This document shows positions 20,180 through 27,677 of a stretch of DNA of 64,000 nt, piece by piece. The position numbers and the translations under genes are program-made. The notes below the pieces were generated by a model, which was not told where the DNA came from, searched no databases, and saw only the letters and a list, made by a program, of their open reading frames with translations. Source of the stretch: an uncultured Candidatus Saccharibacteria bacterium (GTDB taxonomy: Bacteria; Patescibacteriota; Minisyncoccia; Phycocordibacterales; CAIZLB01); contig CAZSLF010000002.1 of NCBI GenBank assembly GCA_964607805.1, forward strand, positions 36,269 to 100,268, read 5' to 3'. Position 1 is the stretch's first letter. Every line of letters starts with the position of its first letter.

Positions 20180-21088
20180 CTAAACCTTCCCCACATGCTT
20201 CTCATATGCCTTTCTCGCCTCTCTTCTATATTCACAATGCTCACATGTTGGCGACTCACGCGGAACTTTGTCGCTATCTAGACATTCTTTAGCTCTTTTT
20301 AAAACATCGTCAACCCAGTCACTTTTACCAGTATATGGAATGATCTTTACGCTAAACTCCAACTTACCGTCGAAGGCAGCGCGATCCTTTTGGCCATTTA
20401 CATAAACAAAATAACCGGTATCACTAACTGCAAAACCGTTATTGCGCACCAGCCACTGATAAATTTCCATCTGACGACGATACTGATTATGCCAACGCGT
20501 ATCCTCCAGCTCAATTTCCCCTTCCTTACTTGTCGCTTTGTAATCAACAACCGCAAGAGATCCAGGCTTCACCTTTTTATTCTTCGCACTACTATCTAGA
20601 CCCGGGTGTTCCGCGCCGTCATTGAATTGCCAGATATCATCGACAGCTCCAAAAATCAAAAAATTAGTTTCAGGATGCAAATATTGCACACCAACAAAGT
20701 TTTCTCGCCAATCAGTCATGTTTGCATGATCAAAAGGAATAGCATCGAGGTTATATTCTTTCATAAGTGGATGCGGATCACCTTTTTTTCTATGAATATC
20801 AAATTCTTTTTTTAGCAAATGGTCCACCGCAACGTTCAAAGTAAATCCAGGCATAGAAGGTTTTGCTATTCCTAGTTTCCTGTCTAAATAAAAACAAAGT
20901 GGACACTCTAAAAACATATCAATCTTAGTTCGACTTAGTTTAAAAGGGACACTTTTCACTCCGTTCGCAGGCGATCCATGATTTTCTGCACCATAAATAC
21001 CCCAAGTTTTTACAATATTACTTTTATTAGCATTCCAAGTGCCCTTTTTTGAACCCGATCCAGCCGAGCTTGATTTTGCATATGCCAT
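20180..21088 (-). CDS. PD-(D/E)XK nuclease, Cas4/RecB-like, with a predicted Fe-S Cys cluster
   Basis: N-terminal …ECPLCFYLD…, a D…(V)VDYK ExK catalytic motif, the QxxxY motif (RQMEIYQW), and a C-terminal CEHC. This is the Cas4/RecB-nuclease arrangement of four Cys. Confidence 0.7.
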   Translation of the reverse strand: MAYAKSSSAGSGSKKGTWNANKSNIVKTWGIYGAENHGSPANGVKSVPFKLSRTKIDMFLECPLCFYLDRKLGIAKPSMPGFTLNVAVDHLLKKEFDIHRKKGDPHPLMKEYNLDAIPFDHANMTDWRENFVGVQYLHPETNFLIFGAVDDIWQFNDGAEHPGLDSSAKNKKVKPGSLAVVDYKATSKEGEIELEDTRWHNQYRRQMEIYQWLVRNNGFAVSDTGYFVYVNGQKDRAAFDGKLEFSVKIIPYTGKSDWVDDVLKRAKECLDSDKVPRESPTCEHCEYRREARKAYEKHVGKV

Positions 21089-21114
21089 ATGTAGCGATTA
21101 TATACTGAATATGT

Positions 21115-22029
21115 TTAGTTTGCAGGCACAGTCTTTAACACCTCTGAAGCTTCGTCGAAAAGTTCATTTATCTGATCTTCAGTAAAGCCGATTGACTTAA
21201 GCTCTGACTTTTTTTCAAAAAGAGTTTTAACAAGCACGATATTTCTATCCATAAGTGTTCGCTTATCACTAGGTGAAAGTGTTGTAAGACAAGTAATAGG
21301 ATGCAATTGAGTATATTCAATCAACTCTTGCATATTACCTGTTTTAGGATAGTCCCAACTAAGCATCTTTAAACCCTGACACTCAGCGTAGTGGACAGCT
21401 GTCTCTGTAAAACGAGTATTTGTAATTAACCAACCTTCAGAAATTTTCTGTTTTATACCTCCATAATCAAAAACAGTATCTTTAAGATCGTCATAACGCG
21501 CTTTTACGTAAAGAGAAACTTTCAAATCAGTTTTGGAGCCCGCGTCAGAGTGATATTTTACTTCTGCCATCATAAGTTTATCTGGATTCCAAGCCACAAC
21601 ATCTACTTCATGAGGAACACATCCTCCAAGTACAATTTGGCCGACCAGAACTTCATAATTCCATTTCGCCTTAAATAATTCTCCAACATATTGTTCAAAT
21701 GGAAATCCAGTAGGTCCAAATTCCAAAAGTGAACGTCGAAGTGAGTATCTTGCAGCCACAACTCTTGCGGCGTCCTTCAAAATTCCATATGCCCTATGAT
21801 AAATTTCAAGTGCAGTCGTAGTGTTTGCGGTCGGATCACTACCATGGCCTTCCCTACCTTCACCCTCACGAACCTGATCAATTACTTGCGTCACGATCTT
21901 TTCCGCCTGATGTGGCTCCGCACCTGATTTAATTAGTGATTCATAAAGCTTCTTCTCATTGAATTCTTCCTTGCTGCCATCTTCTTTTCTTACATATAGA
22001 GGATTATTCATGTAAATGGTATTCGGCAA
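21115..22029 (-). CDS. ATP-cone domain fused to an Mrr-like (restriction endonuclease-like, PD-(D/E)XK) domain
   Basis: The N-terminal LYVRKEDGSKEEFNEKKLYESLIKSGAEPHQAEKIVTQV matches the ATP-cone consensus (VIKRDGrxExFdxxKI). The central …HEVDVVAW…LMMAEVKY… gives a D…E-x-K nuclease core. Confidence 0.7.
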   Translation of the reverse strand: MPNTIYMNNPLYVRKEDGSKEEFNEKKLYESLIKSGAEPHQAEKIVTQVIDQVREGEGREGHGSDPTANTTTALEIYHRAYGILKDAARVVAARYSLRRSLLEFGPTGFPFEQYVGELFKAKWNYEVLVGQIVLGGCVPHEVDVVAWNPDKLMMAEVKYHSDAGSKTDLKVSLYVKARYDDLKDTVFDYGGIKQKISEGWLITNTRFTETAVHYAECQGLKMLSWDYPKTGNMQELIEYTQLHPITCLTTLSPSDKRTLMDRNIVLVKTLFEKKSELKSIGFTEDQINELFDEASEVLKTVPAN

Positions 22030-22053
22030 TAATTGCGATAATTACAGTATTAA

Positions 22054-23271
22054 TTATTCGATTATACCACCACCTAGACATATTTCGCCATCGTAAAGCA
22101 CACAGCTCTGGCCTGCTGCAATTCCCTGTTGTGCCTCCTTGAAAGTTATATCGATTTTGAATACGTCCATAGTGCCATCGTGTTGCTTTATCATAAAAGG
22201 TTCCACTTTTACAGATTGCAATTTCTGTCTATGTCTAATTCTCGCTTTTATATTCGATGAAGTGCCACGATCTTTTGATAAAAAGTTAACGCTATTCAAA
22301 ACTGCAGTCTTTGATCGATCTTTATCCATAAGCTGCTTTTCAAGACCGACAGTAATAGTGTTTTGCTCAATATCTTTTTCAATAACAAAACGCGGTGCAG
22401 TATCGGGCGATGAATTCCATATTCTAAATCCATGTCTTTCGCCAATTGTATATAAAAGCGCACCGTCATGATCACCTATAATATTTCCATCTAAATCTAA
22501 AACGTTTCCTTGTTCTGTATGTAAATACTTCTGTAAGAACTCTTTCATATCAAATTTGCCGATAAAACACACTCCCTGACTGTCTTTTTTGGCGAATACG
22601 GGTAGTTTGGCGTGTTCGGCTATCATTCGAACATCTTCCTTAATTAAACTGCCTACAGGGAAAAGCATATGTCTTAATCTAGTGCTCTCTGTTGCCCAAA
22701 GAAAATATGTTTGATCCTTAATTTCATCCTTAGAAATTAGCATTTCAACTTGAGGAAAAATATCTTGATCTTCTGACACGTTTGCACGTGTTCGAAGGCT
22801 TCGAGTCCGAGCATAGTGACCAGTTGCAACAAAATCTGCCCCAGCTTCCATAGCGGCTTCAAAATATGCTCCGAATTTTACATATTTATTGCACATAATA
22901 TCCGGATTTGGCGTTCGACCGGCTTTGTACTCGTCTAGCATATAGTCTGCTACATATTTTTTGTATTCGTCTTCAAGGTAGATTGTTTGAAATGGTATAC
23001 CAAGCACAGCCGCGACGCGCATAGCGTCGCGGCGATCCTCCTTCCAAGTACAATCAATATCGTCAGGTTGCCAAACTTTGATAAATACGCCGCGGACATC
23101 GAATCCGGCCATTTTCAAAATATATGCTGAAACAGAAGAATCTACTCCTCCTGACATCCCTACATAGACAATAACCGACTTCCCTTCGCGCTTTCTTTGC
23201 TCAAGCAAAGAAAGCGCATGCTCTGGAAGGCTGCGTATAGCTCTTTCTACAAATTGTTCGATTTTGGCCAT
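22054..23271 (-). CDS. mnmA: tRNA-specific 2-thiouridylase MnmA
   Basis: PP-loop SGGVDSS near the N-terminus; length and C-terminal domain typical of MnmA/TrmU. Confidence 0.88.
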   Translation of the reverse strand: MAKIEQFVERAIRSLPEHALSLLEQRKREGKSVIVYVGMSGGVDSSVSAYILKMAGFDVRGVFIKVWQPDDIDCTWKEDRRDAMRVAAVLGIPFQTIYLEDEYKKYVADYMLDEYKAGRTPNPDIMCNKYVKFGAYFEAAMEAGADFVATGHYARTRSLRTRANVSEDQDIFPQVEMLISKDEIKDQTYFLWATESTRLRHMLFPVGSLIKEDVRMIAEHAKLPVFAKKDSQGVCFIGKFDMKEFLQKYLHTEQGNVLDLDGNIIGDHDGALLYTIGERHGFRIWNSSPDTAPRFVIEKDIEQNTITVGLEKQLMDKDRSKTAVLNSVNFLSKDRGTSSNIKARIRHRQKLQSVKVEPFMIKQHDGTMDVFKIDITFKEAQQGIAAGQSCVLYDGEICLGGGIIE

Positions 23272-23382
23272 AAAATGACACCTCGAAGGTATCGGTCGTA
23301 AAGATTAGCACGATTTTTGGTTCCGATACAGTCTGATACTGTTTCAAAACTTCCAAATACTGGCAGTTAGCAGACAGCTATT

Positions 23383-24417
23383 TTACTGCAGGTATTTCTT
23401 CTTAAGACGTAGATGCTCAGCATATGTTTCGCTAAAATGCGTTGTACCATCATTATCAGATAAAAAGAATAGGTATTTGTTGGGTTTTGGTACTATTGCT
23501 GCGCGAATAGCGTTTATTCCTGGATTACTAATCGGTGTTGGCGGCAGACCCAGACTTTTATATGAATTATAAGGGTCTGTAGTAGTTAAATCTTTCATAG
23601 TAAGTTCGGCCGATGTCTTACCTGTTATATACGTAAGTGTGCTATCCGCTTGAAGTGGCATACCTATTTGCATTCTTCTTAAAAATAAATCAGAAACAAG
23701 GGCCATATCTTCCGGTGTCTGAACTTCCTTTTCTAGAATTGAGGCCAAGATTATAGTTTTTGCAAAATTTGGGTTTTGATCTATTTCAACACCAAGTTCC
23801 TTTTCAAGTGCAGTAATTCTACGATTAAAATTATTTTGCATAAGCTCGATAACTGCACTAGATGTGGCATATGGATAAAAGAAATATGTATCTGGGAATA
23901 AATATCCTTCAAGTCCTTGTGACGCCTTCATAAAATCCTCTTTTCTTATATCAACAAGTTTCTGGCTAATACCCTCGGCCATAGTATATGTAGTTTGACC
24001 TTCCGGAATTGTTATTCGCACTTGTTCATATCCATATTCACCTTTAGAAACTCGATCTGCAATACCTAGAACATTTTGAGGAGATTCAAAAACATAAATT
24101 CCTTGTTTAATTTTCTTACCCAGATTAAATTTTTCAATAATAGATAGAAAAGTGCCTTCAGATTTGATTAGTCCTTTCACTTTTAGTTCATTTGCAAGAA
24201 TAACAGGAGTCGTACTTGAAGTAACATAAACAACTGCGGCACCTCGCGCACCAAATCTTGTCTCATCGATCTTTATTTTATCTACACTTGGTGCAGTAAA
24301 GAAAGTAAACCAAACTATACCAAAAGCAATTAGCGCTAGAATTAGAAAGACAAGAATAAAAGTTAAACCGATACGAATCTTCTTGAAAATGGAAATAGTG
24401 GGTGTATATGGCGGCAT
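23383..24417 (-). CDS. mltG: Endolytic murein transglycosylase MltG/YceG-like (paralog 1)
   Basis: N-terminal TM anchor and a C-terminal YceG core with …DPYNSY…GLPPTPISNPG… and …YLFFLSDNDGTTHFSETYAEH…. Confidence 0.78.
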   Translation of the reverse strand: MPPYTPTISIFKKIRIGLTFILVFLILALIAFGIVWFTFFTAPSVDKIKIDETRFGARGAAVVYVTSSTTPVILANELKVKGLIKSEGTFLSIIEKFNLGKKIKQGIYVFESPQNVLGIADRVSKGEYGYEQVRITIPEGQTTYTMAEGISQKLVDIRKEDFMKASQGLEGYLFPDTYFFYPYATSSAVIELMQNNFNRRITALEKELGVEIDQNPNFAKTIILASILEKEVQTPEDMALVSDLFLRRMQIGMPLQADSTLTYITGKTSAELTMKDLTTTDPYNSYKSLGLPPTPISNPGINAIRAAIVPKPNKYLFFLSDNDGTTHFSETYAEHLRLKKKYLQ

Positions 24418-24462
24418 AGTAGATTACAGATGAATATGAATTTTATAAACTAAATTTACAGA

Positions 24463-25716
24463 CTAAATAGGTAAATTAGTTGGTGGCTCAACCTTCTTAG
24501 CTGAAATTCTAGCAAGATTCGGAGTTCGCGCAACTTGACCTGGATAGTGATATATAGTGGCCAACTCTTCTGTAGTCATAACAAAAGGATCCTTCTTATA
24601 TCCTTTTGGAATATATTCAGGCATGAAGAAAGATCTGTATTGATATAACTCAAATATTTTCTTCTTTTGCTTCATAGTTTTCTTCCCTGAAAAATCTTGC
24701 CAAGGATAATCGAAGCCAGGTACGCCGTCAGGTTTAAAGCTATTTAGGTTTGGAGTACCAAAGTGTCGTAGAACTCCTGCAAGTCCGGCTTGAGTTGTAC
24801 CTCTAAAAGCATCTTTTTCTGCAACATATATTGCTCGTATACCACAATCGAAAGGAAGTTTACCTAGGTTATTTTCAATTGCATCCACGGCGTCCTTCTC
24901 ACCTTTTGTCATCGTCACAACACTTAGATTCGGATTATCCTTATCAACTTTGATATCTCGCTTTGTTCGCTTAATCAAATCTTTTTCAGCATCGTACTTC
25001 CAATCAATTTTTTCAAACCAAGTTCCAGGTTTTGGTTTACTTTTAGTATGTGCACGAATACAAATCTGAATCCAAACCTGCTCACCTTTTTTAAGTGAAC
25101 CAAGATATTCAATAACTGGAGTAATAGGATCAATTTTTCCCTCCTCTTTATCACTAGAAGTACTCATGCCTTGATACGCGACATATGTTTTAATTGGCAA
25201 ATGAGAAGGGCCAGTCTTTTTAAACTCACAGCCCCAATACTGGTTTTTTTCAGGATCAAAATTCATACGTGTTGCATAATCTTCCTTAGTCACTTCATCA
25301 ATTTCAATATCAGGAAATTGCGAATATAGTTGTGTTTCGATCATTTCCTTAAATTTCTCTCTAGCCCAAATATAAAAGTGCACCTGACCGTCTATAGAAG
25401 CCATTTCCAAAGAAAACCAAGGTCTACTTGATCCTTCCCAAAATTTCTGTAGCCAATTACTTTCTCCTCCCGTTTGAAACATAGAAGTAATAACAATTTC
25501 CATAGCAAGCGGAGGCTTTACTACTCCTTTTGGCAAATGACATTCAATAACCACATACTTTTGTTTTGCGAAAAATTCTGCGCGCACATATTCAATCCAA
25601 ACAGACCAAAACCATTTTGCCAAAATAAATGGCAAAGAAATAATAGCAACCGCAAAAACAATTTTTATTGAGACCGAAAGCGTCGCCGCGAATGCTTCTT
25701 GTGCGAGTGTTTCCAT
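24463..25716 (-). CDS. Hypothetical membrane protein
   Basis: 417 aa with an N-terminal TM hairpin and a large soluble domain; no motif recognised. Confidence 0.55.
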   Translation of the reverse strand: METLAQEAFAATLSVSIKIVFAVAIISLPFILAKWFWSVWIEYVRAEFFAKQKYVVIECHLPKGVVKPPLAMEIVITSMFQTGGESNWLQKFWEGSSRPWFSLEMASIDGQVHFYIWAREKFKEMIETQLYSQFPDIEIDEVTKEDYATRMNFDPEKNQYWGCEFKKTGPSHLPIKTYVAYQGMSTSSDKEEGKIDPITPVIEYLGSLKKGEQVWIQICIRAHTKSKPKPGTWFEKIDWKYDAEKDLIKRTKRDIKVDKDNPNLSVVTMTKGEKDAVDAIENNLGKLPFDCGIRAIYVAEKDAFRGTTQAGLAGVLRHFGTPNLNSFKPDGVPGFDYPWQDFSGKKTMKQKKKIFELYQYRSFFMPEYIPKGYKKDPFVMTTEELATIYHYPGQVARTPNLARISAKKVEPPTNLPI

Positions 25717-25785
25717 ATGCTCACTCTATTTTATATTATACGAAGGTATTTGTGAAATAGATTATGAAAATGTATGCAAGAAAAA

Positions 25786-25811
25786 ATCGCGCACCTTTGG
25801 AGTGCGCGATT
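25786..25811 (-). terminator. Hairpin terminator (atcgcgcac…gtgcgcgat) downstream of the 25837..26385 gene
   Basis: 9-bp stem; the A-run on the plus strand is a T-run on the minus strand. Confidence 0.5.
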
Positions 25812-25836
25812 CGGTTGAACACGAACGAGTGTTGTG

Positions 25837-26385
25837 CTATTCCGGTTTACCAGAAGTAAAACCCATGAGGCTTAAGGCCTCTTTCACAGGTTCGGGAAAA
25901 GATGGATCAATATTTCGGAACCACTGAATTTTTTTGTTCTCCGCTTTGACCTCGATTTGTGGATCGAGGATCTGGATTTCATGGAGCAGCCACTTGGAGT
26001 GCGACATACGGCAGACGCCCGCACCTTCACCTGTCGAGTCAGGGTTTAAAACATCCTGAACACCGGCAAATCGCGCGAGGACACCTTTTTGATTGATGTC
26101 CAAGTCCAGTTTACGCTTTGCTTGGCGCGCAAGGGCGTTCCAGGTACTTTCGCCTACATTGTTACGTCCTCCTGTCGCGAACCATGTATCATTAAATGGC
26201 GCCTTTGTCCGGAATACGAGCATGAACTCGCGAGTACCGTTGACAACCCTGGTAACAACAAAGTAAACCATAGGGATTGGCACCCAGTCGGGGATTTCCT
26301 TAAAGATTTCGTCCGGGATGTACTTTCGGGCATCGACAATACTGTCTGGAAAGACGTTTGGTCTTTGAAGTGGATTCGTAATCAT
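25837..26385 (-). CDS. Hypothetical protein with a degenerate NUDIX-like box, in a GC-rich islet
   Basis: GGRNNVGESTWNALARQAKRKLDLDI loosely resembles the Nudix box (GX5EX7REUXEEXGU), but the catalytic Glu residues are not conserved. Weak assignment. Confidence 0.35.
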   Translation of the reverse strand: MITNPLQRPNVFPDSIVDARKYIPDEIFKEIPDWVPIPMVYFVVTRVVNGTREFMLVFRTKAPFNDTWFATGGRNNVGESTWNALARQAKRKLDLDINQKGVLARFAGVQDVLNPDSTGEGAGVCRMSHSKWLLHEIQILDPQIEVKAENKKIQWFRNIDPSFPEPVKEALSLMGFTSGKPE

Positions 26386-26468
26386 GGGAAACGGTGAATT
26401 GTGTTGGAACTGGTGCCGTCGAAGATGATGCAGTATGCATAACTTCTAGCGCCAATACCATAATATAA

Positions 26469-26497
26469 AAACATGCTATCGGTCAATAGCATGTTTT
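26469..26497 (-). terminator. Hairpin terminator (aacatgctat-cggtcaa-tagcatgtt) downstream of the 26527..27579 gene
   Basis: 10-bp stem with a T-run on the minus strand. Confidence 0.55.
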
Positions 26498-26526
26498 CAC
26501 TCCAAAAAATAGTTTTATTTTTTTGA

Positions 26527-27579
26527 TTAAGCCTTCTTCCCTGCCTCAACCAAATGATACTTTCCTTCCTTGTCCTTCTTAAAATATTTACCACTCTGAA
26601 GGTTTACTAAAATAGTATTTTCCTTAACATATCGTTCCTTCAAAACTTTCTTGATGATATCCTCCTTTGTAAGTGGGCCGTTCTTTTCTAGAACTGACTT
26701 AATTACATCTTTGACTACACCTGATAGATAACCCCATTCAGTAAGAGCATAAAGACCTCGTCCAACCAAAACAAATCGCTTATCTTTAATCAATTCGTTG
26801 TGAGTTGTAGCAACATGTGCCTTCTTCTTAAACAAAACTTCAATTTGCTTTGCAATATCTCGGAAGTGGATTGGAGATCCATGTTTTCGCATAGCTAGGA
26901 AAGCATAATCTCGAATTCCCTTTGTAGAAACGTTTGGAGAAGTAGACTTACCCCATTCTCCTAAAGGATTCTTAGAAATATGCTTAGAAATATTTAACCA
27001 TCGGCGAGCAACTTCTTCGTTTCGATATTTTTCGTTTACATCCTTAAGATTTTCTAAAAATGTCTCAATCATCTCAGACTCAGGAACCAAATCATGATCA
27101 CCTAAAGATTTATATAGTTTTCGAAGAGCCTCGTGAATCTTTTTTGAAAGCGCAGCATCTACATGCCATCGGTGCTTAAATTCATCGTCTTCTTTTTCTT
27201 TCTTAAAATCGTCACTAATTACAAGTAAAAAGTGTAAATGGTTTCTCGTAAGAGCATCCTTTGAAAGAATTGCCAAAAGCTCGTCCTCAGCCAATAGTCC
27301 TCCTAGTGTATGAAGAGCGGCTGAAAGCTCTGTAAAAATAAGCTTTTCCTGCTTAAAAGCAGCAGATTTACGGATATTTTGAATAGCAGCGTGCTCGATC
27401 TGTCGAACTCGCTCACGAGTAATAGAATACTTCTCTCCGATAGCTTCTAGGGTCATTTTCTCCCCGTCTTTGTCAAGACCGTATCGTTTTGAGAGAACAT
27501 TTTGAGCCCGAGCCGGTAACGCGCTCAGGAGCTTTTTTGTAATAATTTTCGGCTTGAATGAAAGGTTGTGGGCTGTCAT
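26527..27579 (-). CDS. Sigma-70 region-4-like HTH protein with a C-terminal winged-helix (HARE-HTH-like) domain
   Basis: The N-terminal LSALPARAQNVLSKRYGLDKDGEKMTLEAIGEKYSITRERVRQIEHAAIQNIRK is a clear sigma-70 region 4. No region 2 is present. The C-terminal …KRFVLVGRGLYALTEWGY resembles the HARE-HTH of RNAP delta/ASXL proteins. Confidence 0.55.
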   Translation of the reverse strand: MTAHNLSFKPKIITKKLLSALPARAQNVLSKRYGLDKDGEKMTLEAIGEKYSITRERVRQIEHAAIQNIRKSAAFKQEKLIFTELSAALHTLGGLLAEDELLAILSKDALTRNHLHFLLVISDDFKKEKEDDEFKHRWHVDAALSKKIHEALRKLYKSLGDHDLVPESEMIETFLENLKDVNEKYRNEEVARRWLNISKHISKNPLGEWGKSTSPNVSTKGIRDYAFLAMRKHGSPIHFRDIAKQIEVLFKKKAHVATTHNELIKDKRFVLVGRGLYALTEWGYLSGVVKDVIKSVLEKNGPLTKEDIIKKVLKERYVKENTILVNLQSGKYFKKDKEGKYHLVEAGKKA

Positions 27580-27677
27580 ATAAGTTATGTTGTTATATTT
27601 TTAGCATACTATTGACAAAAGGTCAATATATTTGGATTCTGTGGTGTAAATTGGGTCAAAACTTGTATTCATATTGA

